A DNA stretch of 64,000 bases from the human T2T-CHM13v2.0 reference genome, Homo sapiens, in NCBI RefSeq assembly GCF_009914755.1, contig NC_060940.1, one strand, 5' to 3'. Positions within the stretch are counted from its first letter, which is position 1. Each line of letters opens with the position of its first letter. Below the pieces are notes generated by a model. That model was not told the DNA's origin, searched no databases, and worked only from the letters and a program-made list of their open reading frames with translations. The position numbers and the translations under genes are program-made. This document shows positions 1 to 19,690 of this stretch, one piece after another.

Positions 1-540
1 GGTACCCTTCAAAGCTCATTCCCCTCTTTGTAGAGGAGGTTTATGCACCTGCCATCCTCTTCCCACCAGATCCTAATAATTATTGGCAATATCTATTTAT
101 GTCATGCTTACTATGAGCCAGGTGCTTGCAAAGTGCCTTACACAGCCTTACAAGAACCGGCTGAGGTCCAGGAAATTACTAACCCAGTCCCAAGAACACT
201 GAGGCACAGAGAGGTTAAGTAACTGGCCCCAGGTCACACAGCTGGCAAGTGGCCGATTAAGTCTGGCTCCAGTTGACTCAGGTCATGGCCCTTGACCACT
301 GCCCTCTGCTACCTCTCGACGCAGAGGCTGAGTCACCTTCCCGGGTAACTGATGAGTTTGTAAGTGACAGGTTTCCTCACTCCCAGGCTTTGTTCTTTCC
401 CCCACCATGCTGGGCTAGGCAGGGCAGGGGACATGCATGGGGGGTAGCATTTTGTGGCCTGAGCAGGAAGGACCAGGGAGACTAGTGTGGAGGTCACCAA
501 AAGAGCAGGAAGAGCCCCAAAAGTCACCCTGGATTTATAG

Positions 541-1209
<669 letters not shown>

Positions 1210-1212
1210 TGA

Positions 1213-1823
<611 letters not shown>

Positions 1824-2093
1824 AGAGCCCCAACTTTCTTATGTCTCCAGATGTGCTGGTTCTGGGCACTTTCTCGGAATGCCCAGGACCTGGGAAACTG
1901 ACTTGGAAGCCTGTGGGGGCTTGTGTCACCTTGGCCAATTCTAACTCTTGGGGGCACTGGGAGGGATGTAGGGTGTTGGTGACCAAGCGAGAACTAGAAT
2001 CGAGGATTCTGGAATTCAGATATTTCCTCCCATCAGTCATCTTTCTCCCAATAAAGTTTTGTTTTGTGCAAAACAAAAATTTTTAAGATTTTA

Positions 2094-2133
<40 letters not shown>

Positions 2134-2208
2134 TTGAGAATCAGCACATCTGGAGACATCAGAAAGTTGGGGCTCTGGCCAGGTGGATCACCAACTCTGC
2201 CCCTCTGA

Positions 2209-2349
<141 letters not shown>

Positions 2350-2435
2350 TGAGTCGGGGGAGAGGAAGGGGCTTGGGGTCTGTTAATTTGGGCCCATTGG
2401 GCCTTGAGAAGTGGAAAAGAAGTAGTGGGTGCTTA

Positions 2436-2819
<384 letters not shown>

Positions 2820-2823
2820 CTAG

Positions 2824-3175
<352 letters not shown>

Positions 3176-3666
3176 ACCAGATCTTTTAATTTTTCAGAGT
3201 AACTGCAAATGTGAGTTTTTAGGTGAGAACCTCATGCCTCCCTGTGGGCTCCAGAAGGTGCACAGGGAACCAGCTCAAGAGCTCTGAGGCGGTGCCCCTG
3301 AACAGGGAAGTGAAACCAGGACCTGAGGACGGAACTCCCTGGGGACTTCAGGGCTGACTCCAAACTCTTCATCAGTGCTTGCTGTGTGATGTCCAGAGAT
3401 GCCTCCCTCAGTGGCTTTTCTGTGTTGATGTTGTTGTGTGAGGTATCACTGAACAACATGAGGCTGAGGGTTGGGGCCCTGAGACCTGCTTCCAGGTATG
3501 CTGTTAACCAGCTGTAGGACTCGGAGCAATCCTCTCAGCAGGTGCTAACAGAATTACAGCAGCAACTGATAGAATACCTGATCTCCAGCCTCCCTCCAGC
3601 TCCAACATTCCAAACCTTCAAAAAGCAGGGCCTGAAAGTTCCTTGTCCTGGAGATATGTGATCTAA

Positions 3667-4092
<426 letters not shown>

Positions 4093-4511
4093 TCCAGACA
4101 TCTTTATAGACAGCCTATTGCAGGAGTAAAGCTCCTCTCATGAGCATGTCTGTCCTTTGGTCCACAGTCTCAGCCATGTGATTCTAATCCCAGCTGCTCA
4201 CTCCCTTAGCTGTGTGACCATGGGCAAGTTACTCTCCAAAACTCAGTTTTTGCATCCATAGAATGGAGGGAATAATTACCATCCCCACCTCCATGGGCAG
4301 AGTTGAGTTGTGGGGGATTATCCAAATGTATCAGGAGGACAGGGCTGACTTGGTTCCCCTGAGTACCGGATCTGCAGGATCCACAGTGCCACAGACTGTA
4401 GAGCTGGAGGAGTCCTGGGGTACTCTCCAATTCTGCCTGTACAGGATACAGATGGGGAAACTGAGGCCCAGAGAACAGAAAGGGCGTGGTAGGAAGCAGA
4501 GCCAACTCTAG

Positions 4512-4751
<240 letters not shown>

Positions 4752-4903
4752 TAAGAAATAAAAGGTTACAGACTCATAGAAAGTCGCCTCTTAATGGTCC
4801 CTTAGAGCCCATCAGTTTTCCCAGAAAGAGAAAGCAACGCATTCAAGGTCATGCTTCCCAGGTGGGGCAGAGCCAGGACTGGAACTCAGGGTTCCCCAAA
4901 TCA

Positions 4904-5925
<1,022 letters not shown>

Positions 5926-6400
5926 TTACAGGCACACCAAAAGCCAAAAAGCCTCTGCTCTTGAGAAGCTGACGCTCCAGAGGGAAAAGCAGACACTTGC
6001 CAGTGGACCCATAAGTTATTTCAGATTGTGAGAGTGTCTGGAGAAAACGGGTGCAGGGCGTAGTGGCCAGGGAAGGCCTCCCTCAGGAGGGGGCCTTTTG
6101 CTGAGGAGGCCAGGGCTAGGGGAAGTATGTTCCAGCTCAGGGCGCACCCACCGCCACGGCCCAAGGTGGGGATGAACGTGGCCTGTTTGAGGGGCAAGAG
6201 GAGGCCATGCGCGACTGGAATGTGAGGAGCCGGGCAGGAGGCAGGTCAGAGGGAGGCCAAGGCCAGGTGCAGTGGGGCTGTGGAGGCCAGGTGGGGCATC
6301 GGGACTTTCTTCCTAGCATTAAGGGAGCCCTGTCAAGGAGGAACCCACGGTGCCCTCAGACAAGGAGAGCCTGTGAACAAAGCTGCCTCTTCTTTTGCAG

Positions 6401-6478
6401 TTAACCCCGTGTTTGACCCAGCGGAGGACGGGAAGGAAGCCAGCGCCAGAGGTGCCAGGCCATCAGTCTCTGGCGCTT
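6401..6478 (+). CDS. SLC12A3: SLC12A3 exon 20 (long form 6401-6478; short form ends at 6451)
   Basis: ttttgcag| NPVFDPAEDGKEASAR[GARPSVSGA]; two in-frame donors 27 nt apart (gtgcca at 6452, gtcagt at 6479). Confidence 0.95.
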
Positions 6479-6645
6479 GTCAGTGTTCCCACTCAGAGCT
6501 CAGGGCACTCTAGCCCTGTGGGGTGGCTAGGGGTGGGCCACTTGGGAACTTGGTCGAGGACAGGTGGTTTTTTCTTGTGACGGTGGTGCCTGAGTAACTG
6601 GAGTTGGGAACTGGAGGGGCTTGGCCGTGTCAAAGATTGCCAGCA

Positions 6646-6787
6646 GCCAGGCGCAGTGGCTCATGCCTGTAATCCCAGCACTGTGGGAGGCTGAGGCAGG
6701 AGTTCCAGGCTGCAGTGAGCTGTGACCGCACCACTACATTGCCAGCCTGGGTGACAGAGTGAGACCCTGTCTCAAAAAAAGAAAAAA
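6646..6787 (+). mobile_element. Internally deleted Alu
   Basis: Left-arm start fused to right-arm end at gggaggctgaggcagg. Confidence 0.8.
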
Positions 6788-6987
6788 TATTGCCAGGAGG
6801 TGGAGAATTCAGGGTCACGGCATCATGGGGACCCACCTAGCAGGCTCTGGGGCCCTTGTCCCACCCCTGCCAAGGCCCCTCTAGCCATGCAGGGTGGGGT
6901 GGGATTTTCCTTCGTCCTCTCCCACCATCACTCCGGGAGACAGGGGGCCTGAAGTGCAGGCGGGAGGGCTGCTGTGGGCATTTGTGA

Positions 6988-7377
<390 letters not shown>

Positions 7378-8089
7378 TGACCCCCTTGGATCAGCCCTCC
7401 TGCCCGGCGGGGGCGGGGTGGTGGTGGTCTTCCTTCCTTCTCCTTCCTGGCCTGCTCTCAAAGGGGACAGGGGCTCCTGGGCCCAGCAGTGAGCTCAGGG
7501 GAGCCCAGAGGGACCCCTCTGTCTGGCCTCTAGTTTTTTGGTTATAAAATGGGAAGCTTTGAGAGAAGAGCTGAAGTCGCCATGAGATGGAAACTTCTGA
7601 CTGGATGGCCCTTAGGGGCACAGGCAGGTGATATAAATGGGGAGATGGGCGGTGCCCAGGAAAGCTGGAGGAATATTTTTCACTTCACAATGAAATATAA
7701 CCTCTCCCATTAAAAAACAAAAAAAGTGACTTTAAGCTTTATTGCTCCTACCTTTGATAGAGTCACAGATAGAAAGAAAATGTCTTCGCTCCAATGGAAC
7801 GAGTCCTATTAATAACTGCCAAAATAGGCTGAGCACTTACTACCTGGCTGACAGGGAATTCCCTACCTAATCCAGTCCCCAGGTAGGAGCTGTCATGATT
7901 AACTCCGCTTTATAAATAAGGAAAATGAGGCACAGAGGATTACAAGGTGATATGTGACAGCTGGCCCTTGGTCTTGTGTGGAGAGACAACAGAGAGGGAT
8001 GAGGGCTCCCACACGCTGGTCAAATATTCACTCTTCAAGAACTGCCAATGACCTCGATTTTTATGTGAAACTCCTCAATTATTAAATGA

Positions 8090-8622
<533 letters not shown>

Positions 8623-8808
8623 GCCAGCTTGTTTATTTAAATATGCTGCACAAGCACAAATAAACCCTACCCCACAGAGCACCGTGTGCGACTTGAATTC
8701 AGTCAGCCATGTTCATTATACAGATGGGTCGACTGGGGTCCAGCGAGGAGAGGAAGGGGTTTGCTAATGGCAGAGCGGGGCAGGAACTCACATAGTGCTC
8801 TGTCCTGA

Positions 8809-8961
<153 letters not shown>

Positions 8962-9510
8962 TAAGTGTGGAGGGCTGGCCTGGGGGTGACTGCAGGGACC
9001 AGTGTCATCTTAGCTCCACCCAAGGCTGTCCCCTACCCTAGATCCTCTACCACCACCCCCAGGTGGGCACTGAGATTGTCCCAAAGCCCAGGGCCAGCTC
9101 TCTCCAGGCCATGGCAGTGGGCAGGAGCAGGAGCAGGTTTCTCTCCATTCCAGAAGTTGTTCTGGTTTCCTGCCCCCTTCAATAAATGCAGATGCCCTAG
9201 GCTTTGCTACGACAGGGAGGGGAGTTAGGTTGTAAAGTCACAAATCTCTGGGTTTGGATAACAAGAAGCATAAAAATAAGAAAGAAAAGGAATCCATTTT
9301 TTAAATTTAAAGTTAAGAAAAGACAAGAAAAATAGAAAAAAAAAAAGATAAAAAGAAAAACAAAAAACAAATCTCCTCCAGGAGGAACCTGTATGAAATG
9401 AAGGATGGGCTGGGCCAAGGCAGCTGGATCCAGGAGTCCAGGAGTTCGAGACCAACCTGGGTGACATGGCAAAATCCTGTCTCTATGTTTTAAATTTTTA
9501 TATATTTTAA

Positions 9511-9812
9511 TTTTTTTTTTTTTTTTTGAGATGGATTCTCACTCTGTCACCCAGGCTAGAGTGCAGTGACGCAATCTCGGCTCATTGCAACCTCCGCCCC
9601 CTGGGTTCAAGCAATTCTCCTGCCTCAGCCTCCCTAGTAACCAGGATTAGAGGCGTGCGCTACCATGCCCAGATAGTTTTTTTGTATTTTTAGTAGAGAT
9701 GGGGTTTCGCCATGTTGGCTAGGCTGGTCTCGAACTCCTGACCTCAAGTGATCCACCCACCTCAGCCTCCCAAAGTGCTGGGATTACAGGTGTGAGCCAC
9801 TGCCCCCAGCCA
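9511..9812 (-). mobile_element. Alu
   Basis: Alu consensus with poly-T. Confidence 0.9.
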
Positions 9813-9944
9813 ATATTTTAAATTTTTATATAAATATTTTATATATATTTAAAAATTTATATATAATTTTTTGAAAAAAGGAAATGAAGGCTGGAGAACA
9901 CGCCTCCTCCTGAGAAATGAAGTAGGGGCTAGAATCCTTTAGGG

Positions 9945-10425
9945 CATCAGTCCCCAACCTTTTTGGCACCAGGGACTGGTTTCGTGGAAGACAATTTTTC
10001 CACAGGCTTGGGGGAGAGTGGTGGTTTTGGGATGGTTCAAGCTCATTACATTTATTGTGCACTTTATTTCTATTATGATTACATGGTAACATATAATTTA
10101 AAAATGATACAACTCACCATAATGTAGAATCAGTGGGAGCCCCGAGCTTGTTTTCCTGCAACTAGATGGTTCCATTTGGGAGTGATGGGAGACAGTGACA
10201 GATCATCAGGAGGGTTCATGGCCCTCTAAGATCCTGCAAGAGGGTTTGTGGCCCTCTAAGAGTCTAATGCCACTGCTGATCTGACAGGAGGCAGAGGTCA
10301 GATGGTAATGAAAGCGATGAGGAGCTGCTGTAAATACAGATAAAGCTGCGTTCACTGCCATGCACCCGGTTCCTAACAGGCCATGGTCAGTACCTGTTGG
10401 CAGCCCCGGGGGTCAGGGGCCCCTG
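9945..10425. mobile_element. MER1-type hAT-Charlie DNA transposon
   Basis: Starts ..gtccccaacctttttggcaccagggactggtttcgtggaagacaatttttcc, ends ggggcccctg; 8-bp TSD ctttaggg / ctttaagg. Confidence 0.85.
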
Positions 10426-10779
10426 CTTTAAGGCAGTGTCTCCAATGCATGGGATGCAGACTCTGGGTGAGACAAGAGGTGACTTTAGTGGCCAGGGGTT
10501 GAGGCAGCAAATACCACTGAGTCTTTTGGTGAGAAGTGCCTTTTAATTCTCCTCCAATTCTGGGGCTGATTCTGCAGAAAGTCCTGGTTTAGCCTTGGCC
10601 CGTCCTTCCCTTTGGTAACCTGTGCTTGTCTCCCGGAGCAAGAGGAGTAGGCTGGATGCATGGGCTTGGCAGGCAATGGCATCTGGCCAGAACTTAGTGA
10701 CCCTGGTTTATCGACATGGGTTTTATTGGACACCTCTCCCTGGCAAGAGGTGCTGGTTTTCTGTTTAAAATTGTGATGT

Positions 10780-11422
10780 TGGCTGGGCACAGTGGCTCTG
10801 CCTATAGATCTTGGCACTCTGGCAGCAGGCCAAGGCAGGGGATTGCTTGAGGCCAAGGGTTTGAGACCAGGCTGGGCAACATAGTGAGAGCCCATCTCTA
10901 CCAAAAAACTTAAAAAAAAAATTAACTGTGAATGGTGGCATGTGCCTGTAGTACTGGCCACTTGAGGCTGAGGCAGGAGGATCACTGAGCCCAGATCAAG
11001 GCTGCAGTGAGCTATGATTGCACCACTGCACTCTAGCCTGGGTGAAAGAACAGATGCTATCTCTATTTTTTAAATAATAATATTTTATCATGATATAAAA
11101 TTTCCCTTTGAAATGTATCTAAGTTTGGTCCAGGCGTGGTGGCTTATGCTTGCAATCTCAGCACTTTGGGAGACCAAGGTGGGTGAATCAGCTGAGGTCA
11201 GGAGCTCAAAACCAGCCTGACCAATATGGTGAAACCCCACCTCTACTAAAAATACAAAAATTAGCTTGGCATGGTAGCATGTGCCTGCAGTCCCAACTAC
11301 TCAGGAGGCTGAGACAGGAGGATTATTTACACCTGGGAGGCGAAGGTTGCAGTGAGCCGAGATTGTGCCACTGTACTCCAGCCTGGGCAACTGAGCAAGA
11401 CTCCATCTCAAAAAAAAAAAAA
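10780..11422 (+). mobile_element. Two sense Alus (about 10780-11062 AluJ-like; 11128-11422 AluS-like)
   Basis: Alu consensus. Confidence 0.88.
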
Positions 11423-12562
11423 GTATCTAATTCAGAATGTGAGTTGGTTTAAAGAGAAAAGGAAGTAAATAGTAAGGCAGGTGGCACACAAGTATGGAGT
11501 TGACAGATGTCGGCAGGTGGAATTGGGCAGCTGCTGCTTTGAGCAAGTTCAGGTGAGGTGGGAGGTGGTAGGCTGGAGGTTGGCTGGAGGATACAGACAG
11601 ATGGGGCAGTTTGCCCAAAGTCATCCAATTAATTAGCCAAAGAGAAGAACCCCTGCCCGGTCTCTAGTGCCCTTTGCAACTATCTTGGCTGTGATGCCCC
11701 AGGGTCAGAGTAGGAGGGGATCCCCCAGCCTACACCACCCGGTCCTATGCCAGGATGGCCTCCCGTGCTCCATTCTCTATCACCCGCAGTGTGAGTTAAG
11801 GGAAACCCAGCAATCCTATCACTTTGTCCTCACCCCCACTAAGAACTTTCTCCTGGGAAAGCCCCTTTTCTGCAATGCTAAGGAAAGTGTTGCTTGGGAA
11901 AAGCAGCATCTGCCTTCTCTGTGATCTCCAAAAAGTAAATAAGATACGAGATTGCTCTGCAGTCTCTGCTCCCTGTCCTGGCTCTGAATGGAAGCTGGGT
12001 TCAGTAGGTTTGGTATAGCTCAAGGCTATGGAAGCCTGGGCTAACAGCATGTCCTTGGTGGGAAGGTTAGGTAACCCTTCCTCTGCCTCCCTCTGTCCCT
12101 TGGTGGGCCGCATCCTCTGCTCTCTACATAATCCTGGGGCAAGTCTATGCTGCCCTTGCCTAGGCACTGCCCAGGCCTGCCAGCCTCCGCTGCTACTGCA
12201 CACCAAGACAAATCTGCCCACGGCTCTGCTTTCAAAATTTCACTCCCCAAGATCAGGGACCAGCAACGGCTTGCCTGCTGGGTCCCAGCCTGGTCCTCCA
12301 GACTTGTTTCCCATTTCTTCCTCTCTCCCAGCACACTCCATGCATCCCAGCCAGCTCCTCACTGCCCTGTTCCACCCCCCTGCACCCCGATGCCTTCCCT
12401 CCTTTTGACTGTTCCCCACCAACCAGTCCAGTGGTCCCTAACCAGGCTGGCACATCAGAATCACCTGGGGCATTACCAAAACCATGTCCTTCCCAGGGGT
12501 TCTGACTCAATGATGGGCAAGGGGTTGGGGGGAGGGCCCAGGCAGGTGTATTTTTTTGTTAG

Positions 12563-12876
<314 letters not shown>

Positions 12877-13164
12877 GGTGTATTGTTTTGAAGGCTTCTT
12901 GGGTAATGTTAGTGTAGACCCTCCCCTGCCCCACCCGCTTTGGCCTGTAACAATCTTACCCCTCTTTCACCGTCCAGCCAGACCGCCACCTCTGTGAAGT
13001 CTTCCCTGACTGCTACAAACCACAGTAGGCTTCTCCTTCCCTGTTAGATGCAAAGTCAGTGCCATCTGTCTTGCTACTCCTGGGTCTGTACCTAGTTTCT
13101 TGTGGGTTATCTTCGCTTCCTCAGCCGCTCTAGAATTTCCTTTATTCAACTTTCCTATTCCTTA

Positions 13165-13333
13165 GACCTTTGTTACTCAAAGTGTTGTCTGTGGACTAGC
13201 AGCATTGCATCCCCTGGGAGTGTGTTAGAAATGCAGAATCCCAGGCCTCACCCCAGACCAGCCGAATCAGAATCAGCGTGGTAACAAGATCCTCAGCAGA
13301 TGCGTAGACATGTGAAAATTTGGGGTGCGCTAG
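13165..13333. mobile_element. MER5A-like hAT DNA transposon
   Basis: ctcaaagtgt..gcagcattgcatcccctgggag..gttagaaatgcagaatcccaggcctcaccccagacc..gaatcagaatc. Confidence 0.75.
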
Positions 13334-13550
13334 TACAGAGATGGCCACCAGATACTTGGGAAAGTCTGGTCAATTACTTTTCCGTTTCACTTGTCATCAT
13401 CTAACCCATTTTGTGGGTATTCGTTTCCTGTCTGCCGCTACCCCCATGTTCTACAAGCGCAGGCTTTGATCTATTTTCCTCACTGCTATGTAGTCAGTAG
13501 GTGCTCAGTGAAAATTAGTTGAATGAATAAATACATTTTTAAAACTCTCA

Positions 13551-14054
<504 letters not shown>

Positions 14055-14707
14055 CTAGATGTGTCAGAGGGCACAACTTCTGCAGTGGCTGTGGCCGGGG
14101 CCTGTCCCCTCCCTGGGGCTGAGGGGACCACAGGGCAAGGCGGCTGCAGCCCCTGACATTGTGTTAACACATTGGTGCTGGGAGAGGGGAAAAGGTGAGT
14201 GACCTGGGCAACAACTTCCTTCCTCCTTCCACGCAAGGGCAAGAGCACAGATTTTAAGCAAACCCCTGTGTGAATTTGTAGCAGTGACCAATGGCAGGTT
14301 CAGCAGGGACTGTTTGCTTTCCAAATGGTATAACTCCGTCTTCTTCAAATAAGACATTTACAAACAGGATTTGTATTTTGTCAATCAGTGTGCGTGAGGT
14401 TTTCCAGGACTGTCTCCTCACTAAGGTATGTTTCCTCCTGACCTCCTAGCCCTAACTTTTCTCTTACGTCTCCCAGCCGTAAGGATGTCCCCCATCTGGA
14501 CAGGGAAGGAAATCAAGACAAGCAGAAAGGAGCTGTGTAATAGTGATGCATACATTGGCTCCAACCATTTGTTAGGAGCTGTGCTTGGTGCTGCAGAGGC
14601 AGAGATGAGGAATCTGCAGCCCCATCCTCCAAGCATGGCTGCAGGCTGGTGAAAGCCAAGGGCAGTTGCAATGCTGCAGAGACAGATCAGGGTGCCAAGG
14701 AGAGTAG

Positions 14708-15964
<1,257 letters not shown>

Positions 15965-16690
15965 TAAATCTCTGTCTTTAATGATGTGAGTCACATCGCA
16001 CAGAAGACCCCCAGCAGCTTCTGGTCTCACTTGGGGCAGATAAGGAAGCCCTGCCCGACTGGGCCCTCTCTGCCTGCCTGTCCTCACCTCCTCCCACCCT
16101 TCCCTGCACTCACCTTGCTCCAGCACACAGGATCCTTCACTGCTCCTCATATGAGCCAAACACGCTCTGCCTCAGGGCTTCTGCACGTTCAGTTCTGTTC
16201 GCTTCTGCACCCCCTGTCCCGTGCATGGCTGGTTTTGCAAGGACAGACTTCCTTCAGGTCCCAGAAGGGCCTTCCCCACCCATTATTCTCTGTCCCAGTA
16301 CTTGGTTGTCCCTTCATAAGCTTCCACTTCATATTTATTTGCTACTTGCTTATCACCGTGGCTCTGTGAGGACTGGGGACACAATCTGATTTGTTCACTG
16401 TTGTGTAGCACAGAGCCTGGTACAGAATCATGCTCTGTAAATACCTGCTGGATGGTCGGGTGGGTCACAGGTCAGTGGTTGTGGGCAACTTGTGAAAGTT
16501 CAGTTGGATGCCAGACCCAGCCAGCAGAGCTGAATTCAACATGGAAGCCACTTTGTAAATGGCAGTGTCCGATGGGTTTCAGCCTGAAAATGGGAGCTGT
16601 GGCAACACTGCCAGCTCCCCGCAGGGACCTGGCACCCCTAGAAATGGGGTTATCGTCTCAGCCGGCCTCAACCCACTTTCTCGTCCCCAG

Positions 16691-16826
16691 CACCAAGAGG
16701 TTTGAGGACATGATTGCACCCTTCCGTCTGAATGATGGCTTCAAGGATGAGGCCACTGTCAACGAGATGCGGCGGGACTGCCCCTGGAAGATCTCAGATG
16801 AGGAGATTACGAAGAACAGAGTCAAG
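16691..16826 (+). CDS. SLC12A3: SLC12A3 exon 24
   Basis: ccccag| [45 protein letters not shown] |gtgcag; 136 nt. Confidence 0.97.
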
Positions 16827-17120
16827 GTGCAGAGAGGGGTGGGGGTGGGAAACGCGACACATCACTGGGTCAGGGACGGGTGTCCTGCATGTCTTGAGCT
16901 CCCCCAGCCCCTCCCCTCGATCCTCCACCCTGCCTTCCACTCCGGCCCCTGAGGTATCCTCAAGCCACAGTCGTTCAGGCTGATGGGTAACCCGGCTGTG
17001 GAACTCAGTGCTATCCTTGACCTGGGAGCCTGGTCCTCCTGCCCATCTTGAGTGAGCTCTGGCAGTGGGCTTGACTGCCCGGAGTCCTCCTCCTCCTCCT
17101 CCTCCTCCACACTTCCTCTA

Positions 17121-17529
<409 letters not shown>

Positions 17530-17718
17530 CTAGACCCTACCCCTGCCACAGCTCAGAGCTATGGTGCCCCTTCCTGGACAGCACCTTCAGGACTCTAAGG
17601 GCTAAGAAAGGGTGTGTGCCTGTAGCCATGCTGTGAGTGCGTCAAGGTGGGGCAGGCTCTAGGAGTGCGAGCGAGAGCGATGGGGGCAAGGGCCGGGTCC
17701 TACTTCTACCCCCAGTGT

Positions 17719-17932
17719 CAGTCATTCTCCACCACGAGGGAGCTTACCCCCTGGGGGACATTTGGCAACCTCTGGAGACATTTTTGTTTGTCACAACTCG
17801 GGGGTGGGGCTGCTACTGTCAGGCAGTGAGGAGAGACCTGCGATGCTGCCAAACATCCTACGATGTGCAGGACACTTCCCACAACAAGGACTTGTATGCC
17901 CCAAATAACTACAGTGCAAGGTCCAGAATCCC
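17719..17932. mobile_element. MER20-like hAT DNA transposon
   Basis: ggggacatttggcaacctctggagacatttttgtttgtcacaac..ggggtgggg..tgctactg..cacaacaagga. Confidence 0.75.
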
Positions 17933-18581
17933 TTACCCACGTTAACTCCCTTCCCCTCGGTCTCTTGGTCTCCAGGATAGGGCATCCGTCCACGATCAGT
18001 TCCTGAGTGTCAATCATTTCTGAATAATTTGAGCTAGGCCTTGGGTTGGAAGGAGTCTCCCACCCCCAACCCAGTCCCACGCAAGTTTGGGGACTTCCCT
18101 AATCTGTCAGCCCCGAGACCCTGCCCCAAAGGGCCCATGCAGCCATCTGGCTCTTTGGAAAATGCTGAATAAAACATTGTGTCCGAAGAAGACCTTCCAA
18201 TACTCTGTTACAGAAGAAGTGGGGCAACCTCTCTTTTATAAAGTATTTTTAGTGTACCAGGCCCTCTGCCGGGTGCTTTTGCATAGGTTGTCTCATTTGA
18301 TCCTCCCCAAATTCCCCTGGAGAAGGTATCATCATACCCATTTTACAGATGAAGATGGTGAAGGTCAGGGAGACAACCTGACTTGCCCAAGTTCTCTCTG
18401 CTATGAAATGTGAGAGCTGAGATCTGAACCTAGTAAGGTGTTCTCTCTTCCCTCTACCCTGCTGGTTATGGTCATAAAGTCAGGCAAGGAAAAGCCACAG
18501 AATGCTTCTTGGAGGAGGTGAGCTTGGTGCTCCATTACTCTGAGGGTCCCCTTCTTCCTGGAGACAGGAGACTCTATAAGA

Positions 18582-18671
18582 ATTTATGAGGCAGCAGAGT
18601 CTACAAGTAAATCATGAATCCAGTTGAAAATGTTAATGAGGCCATAGACGTGGTGAAGGATTGAGTGACCT
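18582..18671 (+). ncRNA. MIR6863: MIR6863 (intronic, SLC12A3 intron 24)
   Basis: Contains TAGACGTGGTGAAGGATTGAGTG (18645-18667), matching my recollection of mature hsa-miR-6863; precursor limits are recalled, not derived. Confidence 0.6.
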
Positions 18672-18712
18672 CGATGATATGGGAAGTGACCACTCGGCTT
18701 TCTCCCGCCCAG

Positions 18713-18780
18713 TCCCTTCGGCAGGTGAGGCTGAATGAGATTGTGCTGGATTACTCCCGAGACGCTGCTCTCATCGTCAT
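18713..18780 (+). CDS. SLC12A3: SLC12A3 exon 25
   Basis: cgcccag| SLRQVRLNEIVLDYSRDAALIV(I) |gtaagt; 68 nt. Confidence 0.97.
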
Positions 18781-19375
18781 GTAAGTAGTGCCCGGCTGGT
18801 GGGAGGACCAGTCTGTCCAGAGTCAGGTGTCTCAGCTCTGGGAAGGGGCTCAGCAGGGGCACCACGGAGGGCCCAAGCCTTCCCCTAGGAAGCAGAAGGG
18901 CCAAAGTTCCCATAAACATAGCCCTGGCGATTCTTAGCATGTGGCTGGGCCTGAGCCCGCCCCACACCTGAGCTCCAGCTGGCAGGGGTCGAGGGCCTCA
19001 CGTGTCCCAGGCATCAGTGACCTCCCCTTGCCATTGCTTTTTCCTGTTGGCTGCCTTTTCCTACCAAATTCCACTTGGCAAAGAGGGAACCCAGCTCTTT
19101 CAAGAGGGACATCAACTCCTGGTTGTTCAGGAATTACTTGGCCCTCCTTGGCTATCGGCCATTCCCAGCTGATGTTGGTTCCAAGCCTGAGCAACAGAAA
19201 CAGAGGCCTGTCCTAGCCCTGGCTGTTCCTACTGGACCCACGTCCAGTTCTGAGCCACCCCTGGGTGTATTAGCCAGGGCTGAGCAAGCAGAATGTGGGA
19301 TGGAAGGTGAGAGCTATGCAGCAAAGGTCTCAGGGTGGCTCTGCTCTCTCTGAGGCCTGTAAGAAGAACATGATT

Positions 19376-19690
<315 letters not shown>

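Noticed and set aside
16401-16952. 183-aa ORF spanning exon 24
   Set aside because: Exon 24 frame simply stays open into the flanking introns; canonical splice sites define the real exon
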